A stretch of 33,339 nt of DNA from an uncultured Candidatus Saccharibacteria bacterium (GCA_964558845.1 CAZLFM010000003.1:1-33339), one strand, 5' to 3'; positions 1-8,850 are shown, numbered from the stretch's first letter. The notes: a model not told the origin generated them from the sequence alone. Numbers and translations are program-made.

Positions 1-75
1 AAATACCCCCTTCTAGCCTCCACCCTCTCCCAAAACCAAATCCATTTGGAGTAACGATGGGTTTTAATATTTTAG

Positions 76-148
76 TGCACGCGGTAGGACTCGAACCTAC
101 GGCCACCGAGGTATAAGCTCGGCGCTCTACCAACTGAGCTACGCGTGC
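76..148 (-). tRNA. tRNA-Ile with anticodon UAU (TAT)
   Basis: The reverse complement folds as a cloverleaf. Acceptor GCACGCG/CGCGTGC, D-stem GCTC/GAGC, anticodon stem CCGAG/CTCGG with loop CTTATAC (anticodon TAT), T-arm GTAGG-TTCGAGT-CCTAC, discriminator A. No CCA is encoded. Confidence 0.85.
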
Positions 149-204
149 AATAGCTTGATATTAAGGGTTTGTAGGAGAAAATTCAACTCAAAAATTTAGA
201 GGGG

Positions 205-627
205 TTAGTCGCAGATAGCGTCGCCAGCAGTCAATGCAGAGTTTATAGCACGAGAGTGGCCGGTCGAATCAACACACCAATGATTGGCTCCCGAAGACTG
301 AACCAAAAGAGGTATTGATACCGCATATTCAGAACCAATAGAAACACAAGAAGGGCTTCCATTCGCCAAACCAGAGAGCAATTGTGATATCGAATTGTCG
401 GCAAACATCCCACTACTACAACTGTTGGTCGAAACGCCATAATTGTCATTGTTTTCAAAATAAAGCTGAGAGGCTGTCATTAACTGCCTAAACTGAGATT
501 TCACTTTTGCATCATTTCCTTTTTTTCTACTTATATTTAGCGAACTCAAAACTAACGAGGATAGAATTCCAATTATGGCAATCACCACCAAAAGCTCAAT
601 CAGTGTAAAACCTCTTTTTTTATTCAT
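205..627 (-). CDS. Type IV pilin (major-pilin-like), 140 aa
   Basis: Class III signal MNKKRG/FTLIELLVVIAIIGIL (G-1, F+1, E+5), with a Cys-containing C-terminal globular part. I chose the internal ATG at 627. The longer ORF to 738 would overlap the ftsH 3' end. Confidence 0.85.
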   Translation of the reverse strand: MNKKRGFTLIELLVVIAIIGILSSLVLSSLNISRKKGNDAKVKSQFRQLMTASQLYFENNDNYGVSTNSCSSGMFADNSISQLLSGLANGSPSCVSIGSEYAVSIPLLVQSSGANHWCVDSTGHSRAINSALTAGDAICD

Positions 628-682
628 AAATTTAATTTTATGTTTTTTTAAAAAAACAAACAAGAACACTATGTTAACAAGT

Positions 683-2596
683 TTAGGCCTCGGGCTTTTT
701 CTTTGGTGCAATGGCGTGGGCGACGAGTATCGAATCAAACTCTTCTCTTTCTATTGTCTCTGTTTCCATCAGCCTTTTGGCAATCGCATCGAGCAAAGGC
801 CTGTGTTCGGTGATAATCTTTTCCGCTCGAGATAGAGCTTCCTTCATTATTTTGGAAACTTCTTCGTCGATATGCGCTCCCACCTTCTCGGAATATTCTT
901 TTTCGTTCGTGCCCCTACCGCCAAAGATGACCTTGCCCCCGTTTGATTCAAGAGCCACCGGCCCCAAGCTTTCGGACATACCGTATTTCGTTACCATATC
1001 TCTGGCCATAGCAGTCGAAACCTGCAAATCATTTGAGGGGCCAGTCGTCAAATCACCAAAAATCATTTTTTCGGTCACATAACCACCAAGCGACATTGCA
1101 ATATCGTCTAAAAATTCATTTTTGGATTGGATTCTGCGATCTTCAATCGGCAATTTCAAAGTATAACCAGCAGCTCGACCACGCGAAATTATAGAAATTT
1201 TGTGCACCGGATCGGCAAAAGGCAAGACGCTCGCCACCACCGCGTGCCCCGCTTCGTGATAAGCTGTAATTTCTTTTTCTTTTTTGGAAAGGATGTGACT
1301 GCGCCTTTCGGGCCCGAGCATCACCTTTTCGATTGAACGAATGAGATCGTATTGAGAAATCTTGGTTCGATTTTCCCGTGCAGCCAAGATTGCTCCCTCA
1401 TTCATCAGCGAATACAGATCGGCGCCAGAGAACCCAGGCGTGCGCTCGGCAATCAAGGCCAAATTTACATCTTCGGCAAAAGGTTTTTGCTTCGAATGAA
1501 TTTTCAAAATTTCCTCACGGTCACTCCTGTCTGGCAAATCAATTGTCACTCTTCTATCAAACCTGCCTGGGCGCAAAAGCGCTGGGTCAAGCACGTCTGG
1601 CCTATTTGTTGCCGCCATCATTATGACTTTTTCGGTCGGCTCGAAGCCATCCATCTCGACCAAAATCTGATTTAGGGTTTGCTCGCGTTCGTCATTGCCT
1701 CCACCAAGTCCGCCCCCACGCACCCGACCCACAGCATCTATCTCGTCCATAAAAATAATTGCCGGTGCTGCCTTTTTGGCCATGGTAAAGAGGTCTCTCA
1801 CCCTTGAAGCACCGACCCCCACAAACATCTCGACGAATTCCGAACCCGAAATAGCAAAGAAGGATACACCCGCCTCGCCAGCGACCGCCCGAGCAAGCAA
1901 AGTCTTACCGGTACCCGGCGCACCCATAAGCAAAATGCCTTTGGGGATACGCGCCCCGATTTCAAAAAACTTTTTGGGATTTTTTAGAAAGTCGACAATT
2001 TCACTCAGTTCTTCTTTGGCTTCTTTGCAACCCGCCACATCTTTGAAGGTGACTTTTTGTTTCTGATCATCCGGCGAAGTAATGCGTGCTCTCGACTGCC
2101 CAAAAGAAAAAGCCTGCATCCCCGCACCCTTCATCTGTCTAGTCATCAGCCAAATAAAGACGGCGATAAATAAAATAGGGAACAAAATCGGCGAAAGACT
2201 CAAAATCCAGTAGAAGGCCCCACCTCTCTCATCAACACTAACTTTTATAGCACTCATTTGTTCTGGGGTAACACCATAGACCGACAAAGACTCGCCGATA
2301 CTGGCTTGTTCTTCTTTTTTTGCCACCTTGATTTCTCCATTCTGCAAAACGGCTTCAACGCTGCCCGCTCTTACAGACAAACTTTGCACTTCCGAAGCCT
2401 TAACCGCCTCGGCCAATTCTGAAATAGTCATCTCGCCCTTTTTGTCGCCTTGTGCCAATAGAGAATAGGCCGAGACCAAGAGTATCAATATAAGAACCCC
2501 AGAAACGAAACTGCTAAAAAACGAACCCCTGAAGTTGTTGTTTGGTTTTTTGACCAAAATCTGCTTTTTATTTTCTTTTTTGCTCTCCTTAGTCAT
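683..2596 (-). CDS. ftsH: ATP-dependent zinc metalloprotease FtsH
   Basis: 637 aa. N-terminal TM segments, Walker [12 protein letters not shown] second region of homology, and zinc motif HEAGHA. Confidence 0.97.
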   Translation of the reverse strand: MTKESKKENKKQILVKKPNNNFRGSFFSSFVSGVLILILLVSAYSLLAQGDKKGEMTISELAEAVKASEVQSLSVRAGSVEAVLQNGEIKVAKKEEQASIGESLSVYGVTPEQMSAIKVSVDERGGAFYWILSLSPILFPILFIAVFIWLMTRQMKGAGMQAFSFGQSRARITSPDDQKQKVTFKDVAGCKEAKEELSEIVDFLKNPKKFFEIGARIPKGILLMGAPGTGKTLLARAVAGEAGVSFFAISGSEFVEMFVGVGASRVRDLFTMAKKAAPAIIFMDEIDAVGRVRGGGLGGGNDEREQTLNQILVEMDGFEPTEKVIMMAATNRPDVLDPALLRPGRFDRRVTIDLPDRSDREEILKIHSKQKPFAEDVNLALIAERTPGFSGADLYSLMNEGAILAARENRTKISQYDLIRSIEKVMLGPERRSHILSKKEKEITAYHEAGHAVVASVLPFADPVHKISIISRGRAAGYTLKLPIEDRRIQSKNEFLDDIAMSLGGYVTEKMIFGDLTTGPSNDLQVSTAMARDMVTKYGMSESLGPVALESNGGKVIFGGRGTNEKEYSEKVGAHIDEEVSKIMKEALSRAEKIITEHRPLLDAIAKRLMETETIEREEFDSILVAHAIAPKKKPEA

Positions 2597-2665
2597 TGGT
2601 GCCAGTCATTTTAACACAAAAATGCTATTATCTATAGAGTCGCGCCAAGAGCCGACGTCAATCAA

Positions 2666-3106
2666 ATGAGTCTGATACAAAACAAAAAAGCCCACTTCAA
2701 TTACGAAATTCTTGAAAAATACGAAGCCGGTATTGAGCTTTTGGGCTTCGAAGTCAAATCGGTGAGAAGCTCACAGGGCTCACTCGAAGGCGCACATATA
2801 ACAATCAGGGGCGAAGAAGCCTTTGTTACTGGTATGAATATTCCGCCCTACCAACCCAAAAACACGCCCAAAGAATACGAGCCCGAGCGTCCGCGCAAAC
2901 TCCTTTTAACCAAAAAAGAAATTGCCAAACTCGGCGAAGCCGAAGCCCAAAAAGGTTTGACAATCGTGCCACTTTCGGTGTATAATAAGGGGAGTAAGCT
3001 CAAAATAGAGATCGCCATCGTCAAAGGCAAAAAGAAATTCGACAAAAGAGAGACGATAAAAAAACGCGATACCGACAGAGAGATCAGAAGAGAAATAAAA
3101 GGCTAG
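2666..3106 (+). CDS. smpB: SsrA-binding protein SmpB
   Basis: 146 aa. Typical SmpB N-terminus (NKKAHFNYEILEKYEAGIEL.G.EVKS) and basic C-terminal tail. It lies directly upstream of the tmRNA. Confidence 0.95.
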   Translation: MSLIQNKKAHFNYEILEKYEAGIELLGFEVKSVRSSQGSLEGAHITIRGEEAFVTGMNIPPYQPKNTPKEYEPERPRKLLLTKKEIAKLGEAEAQKGLTIVPLSVYNKGSKLKIEIAIVKGKKKFDKRETIKKRDTDREIRREIKG

Positions 3107-3148
3107 TCGTTCGCTTAGAGAACATTTTATAAATAAAGTGTGTTCCAA

Positions 3149-3559
3149 GGGAACGATCGGTTTAGACGAATTTGTACTTTGAAAAGTGTTGTGTGGTAGA
3201 GCACCGTTAACTCTTTAATCTGACGGAAAGCATAAGTGCAAAAAACACTCTTGCAAAAGCAAAATCTGTTGTTTCTCCATTTTTTGGAGTCAACGATTTT
3301 GACTTCGCTTTCGTTCGCGCTTAATTTTAAGTAGAACCTAAGTGACGATCATCTTTCTTTCGTCCGTAGGAAAGCCTGATTGTAATAAACCGGACTAGAC
3401 TACAGTTGCTGTCTCGCAATTGTAGCGACAAATTGAGGCTTGGCTTCTCTTTATTTTGTCAGGTTCGAGAAGAAAAGCTGAAACAAACAAATCTGACTAG
3501 ACCACATAGAAATACTTTCAAAACTCTTTCGGACGGGAGTTCGATTCTCCCCGTTTCCA
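3149..3559 (+). ncRNA. ssrA: tmRNA (SsrA)
   Basis: The 5' GGGAACG pairs with the 3' CGTTTCC, including a G3:U70 pair (alanine identity). T-arm GGGAG-TTCGATT-CTCCC, discriminator A. The 5' GGTTTAGACG resembles the conserved GGAUUCGACG. An internal tag frame ends ...GVNDFDFAFVRA-TAA at 3322-3324. The resume codon is uncertain, with GCA candidates at 3238, 3253 and 3259. No CCA is encoded. Confidence 0.85.
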
Positions 3560-3619
3560 CAAAAAGTCCTTATTTTCCAACATATTTTTATACCCAAACA
3601 TTACAAAATCAAAAAATAC

Positions 3620-3647
3620 TTGACAGATTTTGTATATGTGCTATGAT
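3620..3647 (+). promoter_or_regulatory. Sigma70-type promoter with extended -10
   Basis: TTGACA (3620-3625), a 16-nt spacer, then TGcTATGAT (-10 hexamer 3642-3647). The predicted start is near 3654. Confidence 0.55.
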
Positions 3648-3653
3648 TGATAG

Positions 3654-3793
3654 TGGAAGGGTTGTGGAGAGCAAAGGGCTCTCGACAAAGACTTTCGAGC
3701 CAGGTGTACCAGGATGGCCACAATGCCACTAGTACACGAAGTAAGGTTCGCGGTTCAACCCTTCCTATTCAACCACCCCCCAAGGGTGGTTTT
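3654..3793 (+). ncRNA. Candidate structured small RNA of unknown class
   Basis: Closing helix GGAAGGGTTG (3655-3664) / CAACCCTTCC (3756-3765). Internal hairpin GAGAGC-AAAGG-GCTCTC. A nested arm runs CGAGCC...GGTTCG > GTGTAC...GTACAC > TGGC...GCCA. It is bounded by its own promoter and terminator. No credible ORF is present; ORF 3406-3732 overlaps the tmRNA. Confidence 0.5.
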
Positions 3794-3801
3794 CTCATTT
3801 T
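3772..3801 (+). terminator. Intrinsic terminator, plus-strand specific
   Basis: ACCACCC-cccaa-GGGTGGT followed by TTTCTCATTTT. Read on the minus strand there is no U-tract, so it does not serve pcrA. Confidence 0.6.
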
Positions 3802-3817
3802 AAAATTCTAAAGTTTC

Positions 3818-5782
3818 TCAAAACTCTATATCCAGTAGCGGCCTACGCTTGGGTTTGTAGTCGGAGAATTCGCGCTCCAGGTATTCATCGGGGATTTCGA
3901 GCACAAATTCGGAGGGAATGTTTACTCCCCGACTGCCAAAGATGGTTCGGGTTTGGGCGTAAGTTAGGAAAAGCTTTTTCTTGGCGCGAGTCAGAGCCAC
4001 ATAGAAGAGTCGGCGTTCTTCTTCGGCCTCTTCTTGACTGACATTCTCATCACCGTCGCGATCGTGGGGGAAGAGGCCTTCTTCGAGCCCGGTAATAAAG
4101 ACATAAGCAAATTCCAAACCCTTAGAGGCATGCACGGTCATCAGGCGGACGGCTTCTTTTTCTTCTTTATCGCTATCTTGGTCGCTCGCCAGGCTCACAT
4201 CTTCCAAAAATTTCAGAGCGCCATCTTCGGGCGGCATGGCATCGTAGCGCGAAGCCAGCACAAAAAGCTCTTTCAGGTTTTCTTTGCGTTCCACATCCTC
4301 TTCGGATTTAGAAAGTTCACTCAAAATTCCAGCCTCTTGAATAATAAAATTGACGGTCTTGGAAATTGGATTGGCCAAAGAAAAACCTTTGATGCGTTTT
4401 AGGAGATTGCGAAAATTATTTAGATTTATTTTCATCTTGACCGGCAAAGTCTCTTCTTTGCCTTCGACGATTTTGAGCAGAGTCGTCTTGCCTATCCCGC
4501 GCGGCGGCACATTGATAATTCTTTTTAGATCAGAAATATTTTCCGGATTGAGTGCGTAGCGCAAAAAGGCCATCACATCTTTGATTTCTTTTCTTTCAAA
4601 AAATCTGGTGCCGAGCACGTGGTAAGGCACGCCGCGAGCCAAAAATTCTTCTTCCAGCACGCGCGACTGAAAGTTGGCCCGATAAAGCACCGCCATTTCT
4701 GAATACGGAATTCCGCGTTCGTGAAGTTCTTTGGCCTTCTCGGCTACAAACTGGGCTTCGTGATTTTCGGTCAAAGCTTCGAAGACCCCAGCCTTCTCGC
4801 CCAAACTATTACGTGTAACCAACCTCTTTTCTTGGCGCAATTTATTTCTCTCGATAATCCGATTGGCAATCGCCAAAATAGTTTGGGTCGAGCGATAGTT
4901 TTCTTCCAGAAGCACCAGCTTGGCACCAGGGAAATCTTTTTCAAAATTCAAAATGTTTTTGATATTGGCCCCACGCCAGCTGTAGATATTTTGGTCCACG
5001 TCTCCCACCACACAGAGGTTGCGCTGTTCGCCGACCAAAGAGAGGGCGATTTTGTATTGCACTTTGTTGGTGTCTTGATATTCGTCGATATGAATATACT
5101 GCCACCTCTTAGCATAAACTTTTCTTATCTCTTCCCGCTCCAAAAGTTTGGCCGCAACCAAAAGCAGGTCATCAAAGTCGAGAGCATTTTCTTTGCGCAA
5201 AGCCTTTTCGTATTCAAGCCAAACTTCACCAACCACTCCGGCCAAATAGCCTGTGCGAGAACGCGAGGCCTCGCTACTTACCTGCTCTGAATAACTTTCG
5301 GCCGAAACAAAATTACCCTTCTCTCTCGAAATAATGCCGAGGATTTTGCTCGGGTCAAAATCTTTGGGATTAAACCCAAGCTTTTCGAGCGCTTCCTTGA
5401 CCAACCTTTTGGAATCGGCTCGGTCATAAATACTGAAGTATTTACTTACCCCAACCGCTCTATAATTTTCTTTGATAATAAAAGCTCCGAGTCCGTGAAA
5501 GGTCGCGACAAAAGGCTTGCCGGTCATCGAAACAGGTGTATTGACACTCACCTCTTTGGCTAGGAGGGCGGTAATACGTTCTTGCATTTCGCGCGCCGCT
5601 TTGTTGGTAAATGTGACAGCCAAAATATTTTCTGGCGCCACCCCTTTATTGATCAAATGCAAAATTCTGTGAGTGACGGTTTTGGTCTTGCCCGCTCCCG
5701 CTCCAGCCAGCACCAAAAGAGGTCCTTCAGTCGCTTCCACTGCTTTTCTTTGGGCATCATTTAGTTCTTCCAAGTAACGCAT
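3818..5782 (-). CDS. pcrA: UvrD/PcrA-family ATP-dependent DNA helicase
   Basis: 654 aa. Motifs LNDAQRKAV, Walker A AGAGAGKT, DEYQDTN, TVHASKGLEF, and YVALTRAKKKL near the C-terminus. Confidence 0.93.
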   Translation of the reverse strand: MRYLEELNDAQRKAVEATEGPLLVLAGAGAGKTKTVTHRILHLINKGVAPENILAVTFTNKAAREMQERITALLAKEVSVNTPVSMTGKPFVATFHGLGAFIIKENYRAVGVSKYFSIYDRADSKRLVKEALEKLGFNPKDFDPSKILGIISREKGNFVSAESYSEQVSSEASRSRTGYLAGVVGEVWLEYEKALRKENALDFDDLLLVAAKLLEREEIRKVYAKRWQYIHIDEYQDTNKVQYKIALSLVGEQRNLCVVGDVDQNIYSWRGANIKNILNFEKDFPGAKLVLLEENYRSTQTILAIANRIIERNKLRQEKRLVTRNSLGEKAGVFEALTENHEAQFVAEKAKELHERGIPYSEMAVLYRANFQSRVLEEEFLARGVPYHVLGTRFFERKEIKDVMAFLRYALNPENISDLKRIINVPPRGIGKTTLLKIVEGKEETLPVKMKINLNNFRNLLKRIKGFSLANPISKTVNFIIQEAGILSELSKSEEDVERKENLKELFVLASRYDAMPPEDGALKFLEDVSLASDQDSDKEEKEAVRLMTVHASKGLEFAYVFITGLEEGLFPHDRDGDENVSQEEAEEERRLFYVALTRAKKKLFLTYAQTRTIFGSRGVNIPSEFVLEIPDEYLEREFSDYKPKRRPLLDIEF

Positions 5783-6073
5783 CAGCTTATGATAACAGAT
5801 AATCCAATATTGTTGCCCTGTGGATTAAAAGTTGCGCAAAGGTCCAGAATTGATAGACTTAAGAGCGTCCGAGAATTTTAATTTCAAGCAAGCAAATGGC
5901 TCAACAAAGCCATAAAATGACAGAAAAGCAGAATTAACATTAATCCTAGGCTTATTTTAAAAGACCCCTTTAATCCTGATTTCCAAAATCGTTATTTTCC
6001 AAGGCTAATCAGGAAATATAGAGCACTTTGGCAAAACAACCTCCTAAGAAGGCTGTTTGCCTTTGGTATCATT

Positions 6074-7027
6074 TTGCTCTTGCCAATTTCGGTTTCTGCT
6101 GGTCTATTGACAGGACTTTTCAACAAAAATTCAGTGGAAACAAACCCATCTTTGAGTAAAAATCGGCTCGAACATATGGCGCTCGTGGCCGTGGCTTCTC
6201 CGGCTCCAGAAAATTTGGGTTACGAAAATATTCTCGACGACAATGCCCTTTTGCCGATGTCGGGTCCTTCCGGTAGCGTCGCCGACATCTCGCACCAAAA
6301 GCCGACCAGCGACCAGATTAGTGTTTATGTCGTGCGCGAAGGCGACACCCTTTCTCAAATCGCCGAAATGTTCAACGTCACCGCCAACACCATCAAATGG
6401 GGCAACGACCTTACTTCAAATACTCTCAAAGTCGGTGAGACCCTGGTAATTCTGCCAATTTCTGGGGTCAAATACACCACGGTCAAGGGCGACACCCTTG
6501 CTTCAATAGCCAAAAAGTTCAAAGGTGATAGTGAAGAAATTGCTGCCTACAACAATATCGAAGTTGGTAGCAGTTTGGCCGTCGGCACAAATATAATTAT
6601 CCCCGACGGTGAAATACTTAGCGCACCATCGACGAGTGGAGCGAGGAGCTCTGGCGGATCAACTTCTGGCCTAAAGCAATACGATGGTTATTACTTGAGG
6701 CCAATAGTCGGCGGCAGAAGAAGCCAAGGTATACACGGCTACAACGCTGTCGATATTGCAGCCCCTGTTGGCACCCCAATTTATGCTTCGGCTAGTGGCG
6801 AAGTCATCATTGCCAGGTCGGGCGGTTGGAACGGCGGCTACGGCACCTATATCGTCATCAAGCACGAAAATGGCACTCAAACTCTCTACGCCCACAACCA
6901 AAGCAACGTCGTCTCGAGCGGTGACACAGTCTCTCAAGGCGACCTCATCGGCTATGTTGGTAGTACAGGCAAAGTCACCGGCGCCCACCTCCACTTCGAA
7001 ATCCGAGGTGCCAAAAATCCTTTTTAA
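6074..7027 (+). CDS. Secreted or membrane-anchored LysM(x2)-M23 peptidoglycan endopeptidase
   Basis: Two LysM repeats (YVVREGDTLSQIAEMF..., YTTVKGDTLASIAKKF...). M23 motifs HGYNAVDIAAP...GTPIYA and GSTGKVTGAHLHFEIR. The start is uncertain: the frame is open from 5921 and encodes the basic and TM part of the anchor upstream of the TTG at 6074. Confidence 0.85.
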   Translation: MLLPISVSAGLLTGLFNKNSVETNPSLSKNRLEHMALVAVASPAPENLGYENILDDNALLPMSGPSGSVADISHQKPTSDQISVYVVREGDTLSQIAEMFNVTANTIKWGNDLTSNTLKVGETLVILPISGVKYTTVKGDTLASIAKKFKGDSEEIAAYNNIEVGSSLAVGTNIIIPDGEILSAPSTSGARSSGGSTSGLKQYDGYYLRPIVGGRRSQGIHGYNAVDIAAPVGTPIYASASGEVIIARSGGWNGGYGTYIVIKHENGTQTLYAHNQSNVVSSGDTVSQGDLIGYVGSTGKVTGAHLHFEIRGAKNPF

Positions 7028-7066
7028 TGTTATTATCTATAATATAGAAAATAATTTCGTAATTTT

Positions 7067-7579
7067 TTGGCTACCCAACACCGAATCAACAATCAAATCA
7101 GAGCTAGCGAAGTCAGACTGCTAGGACCAGAGGGCGAGAATTTTGGCGTTCTCAAAATAGCCGAGGCTCTAGCCAAGGCCAAAGAGCTCGGGCTTGACCT
7201 TGTCGAAATTTCCCCAAATGCTGTGCCGCCGATTGCAAGGGTTATAGATTATGGAAAGTTTCTATACATGGAGAACAAGAAACAAAAGGCCATAAAGGCC
7301 AGGGTGCAAACGGTAGAAATAAAGAACATTCAAGTAAAGGTGGGTACCGGAGAACACGACCTCAACCTCAAAGCCAAGAAGGCTTCGGAGTGGCTCAAAG
7401 AAGGTCACCGTATAAAAATCGACCTCTTTCTACCAGGTAGGACAAAATATATGAATGAAAGCTTTCTCAAAGAGAGAATGGATAGAGTTTTGAAGCTTAT
7501 TTCTGAAGATTTTAGGATTGCCGAAGAGCCCAAAAAGAGCCCCAAGGGCTTGACAGCTCTAATAGAACGTGCAAAATAG
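7067..7579 (+). CDS. infC: Translation initiation factor IF-3
   Basis: 170 aa with the N-terminal motif INNQIRASEVRLLGPEGE. The first possible start in frame is TTG at 7067, with a stop at 7052-7054. A non-AUG start is typical of autoregulated infC. Confidence 0.93.
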   Translation: MATQHRINNQIRASEVRLLGPEGENFGVLKIAEALAKAKELGLDLVEISPNAVPPIARVIDYGKFLYMENKKQKAIKARVQTVEIKNIQVKVGTGEHDLNLKAKKASEWLKEGHRIKIDLFLPGRTKYMNESFLKERMDRVLKLISEDFRIAEEPKKSPKGLTALIERAK

Positions 7580-7601
7580 CAAGACACCAATACACGAAAT
7601 T

Positions 7602-7632
7602 GGGCGGACCCGTCCGAACGAATCTGGGCGGA
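7602..7632. repeat. GC-rich hairpin (family copy D) in the infC-rpmI spacer
   Basis: GGGCGG-ac-CCGTCCG-aacgaatc-TGGGCGG. The middle CCGTCCG (7610-7616) can pair with either flanking GGGCGG. The element ends 14 nt before the rpmI ATG. Confidence 0.75.
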
Positions 7633-7645
7633 TAACACAAATATT

Positions 7646-7831
7646 ATGAAGTCGAACAAATCATTTCTAAAACGCATCAAGGTGACCAAAAACGGCAAGC
7701 TTGTTACTCGCAAGATTGGCCAAAACCACTTTAATGCCAAAAACAGAACTCGCACCACTCTTCGCAAAAGAGCTACTGTTTTGATAGAAATGACCAACAA
7801 AAATCGTGGCAGATATCTTAATAACGCGTAA
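7646..7831 (+). CDS. rpmI: 50S ribosomal protein L35
   Basis: 61 aa, basic, with KSNKSFLKRIKVTKNGKL. Canonical infC-rpmI-rplT order. Confidence 0.93.
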   Translation: MKSNKSFLKRIKVTKNGKLVTRKIGQNHFNAKNRTRTTLRKRATVLIEMTNKNRGRYLNNA

Positions 7832-7924
7832 AATACGAAATCCGAAGCATCAAATCCGAAATAAATAAGAATCCATAATTTATTTCGAATTTCGGATTTA
7901 GAATTTAGAATTTTAATTTAAAAT

Positions 7925-8269
7925 ATGGCTAGAGTAAAAAAAGGACAGAACGCGCTAAAAACAAGGCGCAACATACTAAAGCAGGTCAAAGGCTATCGCT
8001 TCGGCCGATCAAAGAAAGAGAAGCAAGCTTATGAGGCTATTTCTCACGCTGGCACTTATGCCTTTGCCCACAGACGCGACAAAAAAACCGACTTTCGTCA
8101 ACTTTGGAACGTTCGCCTCAATTCTGTTTTGAATCAAAACGGTCTTTCCTATTCCAAATTCATCGGCTCTCTCAAAAAAGCCAACGTTGCCCTCAATCGC
8201 AAGATGCTGAGCGAAATTGCTGCGGCTAATCCTTCAACCTTCAAACACATTTTGACCAAGGTCGCCTAA
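7925..8269 (+). CDS. rplT: 50S ribosomal protein L20
   Basis: 114 aa with MARVKKGQNALKTRRNILKQVKGYRFGRSK. Confidence 0.95.
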   Translation: MARVKKGQNALKTRRNILKQVKGYRFGRSKKEKQAYEAISHAGTYAFAHRRDKKTDFRQLWNVRLNSVLNQNGLSYSKFIGSLKKANVALNRKMLSEIAAANPSTFKHILTKVA

Positions 8270-8429
8270 TGAGGCGTATCCCGTAGTAGATTTTGGCTAT
8301 GATTCCTGTGTCATCGTGCTTTAGCACTTAGCCCAAATTCACTACGGGACGTATCCACAGCTCCCCTGTCAAGGTATTGCACTAAAAAATCCTTAAATAT
8401 ATACTTGGCAGTAGGAGGAATTAAAAGGG

Positions 8430-8465
8430 CCCGCCCGCCTCGCAAGCGAGAGCGTTGCGGGCGGG
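8430..8465. repeat. GC-rich hairpin (family copy A) in the hup leader
   Basis: CCCGCCCGC (8430-8438) pairs with GCGGGCGGG (8457-8465), 9 bp. It encloses the mini-hairpin CTCG-caag-CGAG. Confidence 0.8.
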
Positions 8466-8509
8466 AGGAAATTTATAAGCTAATTTACTTGCGAAAGCAG
8501 GTTAAAAAT

Positions 8510-8782
8510 ATGAATAAAGCAGATTTGGCAAATGCAGTCCACGGCCTAATCGGTGGCACCAAGGTGCAAGCCGAAGAAGTTGTAGAGACAATTATTAGAG
8601 AAATCACCAAAACTCTCAAGAGTGGTGGCGAAGTATCAGTAGCCGGCCTTGGTATCTTTTCAACCAAGACAAGGGCCGCTAGAACAGCTCGCAACCCAAG
8701 AACTGGTGAGAGCGTTCAGGTCCCTGCTATGAAGGTGCCTAAGTTCAGAGCTGCAAAGGCTTTGAAAGACGCCGTTAAATAG
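8510..8782 (+). CDS. hup: HU/IHF-family DNA-binding protein
   Basis: 90 aa with MNKADLANAV...GFGIFS-like core, RTARNPRTGESVQVPA arm and PKFRAAKALKDAV. The ORF-track start at 8405 (TTG) merely reads through a GC-rich hairpin. Confidence 0.9.
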   Translation: MNKADLANAVHGLIGGTKVQAEEVVETIIREITKTLKSGGEVSVAGLGIFSTKTRAARTARNPRTGESVQVPAMKVPKFRAAKALKDAVK

Positions 8783-8822
8783 CTTCAGGCTTTTAGCTAA
8801 AAGTTTAAAGTTTTCCACTTAT

Positions 8823-8850
8823 CAAAACACTCCCCTACGGGAGTGTTTTG
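8823..8850. terminator. Bidirectional hairpin between convergent genes
   Basis: CAAAACACTCCC-ctac-GGGAGTGTTTTG with A/T runs on both sides. It sits between the hup (+) and nucleotidyltransferase (-) stops. Confidence 0.6.

Noticed and set aside
3406-3732. 108-aa plus-strand ORF in the track
   Set aside because: It overlaps the 3' third of the tmRNA, including its T-arm and acceptor stem, and also the promoter of the downstream sRNA candidate. The composition is not protein-like.
3654-3793. Identification of the orphan structured RNA as SRP (4.5S), 6S or RNase P RNA
   Set aside because: It has no GNRA-capped helix with the conserved AGCA/GGAA-type SRP domain IV motifs. It is Y-shaped rather than a long bulged rod as in 6S RNA. 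It is far too short for RNase P RNA and lacks the P4 motifs. It is left as unknown class.
4721-5290. Long antisense ORFs inside well-supported genes (4721-5290 in pcrA, 16940-17404 in xerC, 21213-21665 in pilB, 23844-24299 in the pseudopilin, 28966-29484 across HIT)
   Set aside because: Each lies entirely opposite a gene with strong motif support. None has a recognisable motif, and the amino-acid composition is typical of antisense frames.
8405-8509. Arg/Lys-rich N-terminal extension of HU from the TTG at 8405
   Set aside because: The extension is the in-frame reading of a 9-bp GC hairpin, and GC-rich sequence simply lacks stop codons. Canonical HU begins at MNKADL (ATG 8510). The same logic applies to the extensions of recJ (29279-29443), cca (12485-12715, which reads through a tRNA) and the pilin (628-738, which overlaps ftsH).
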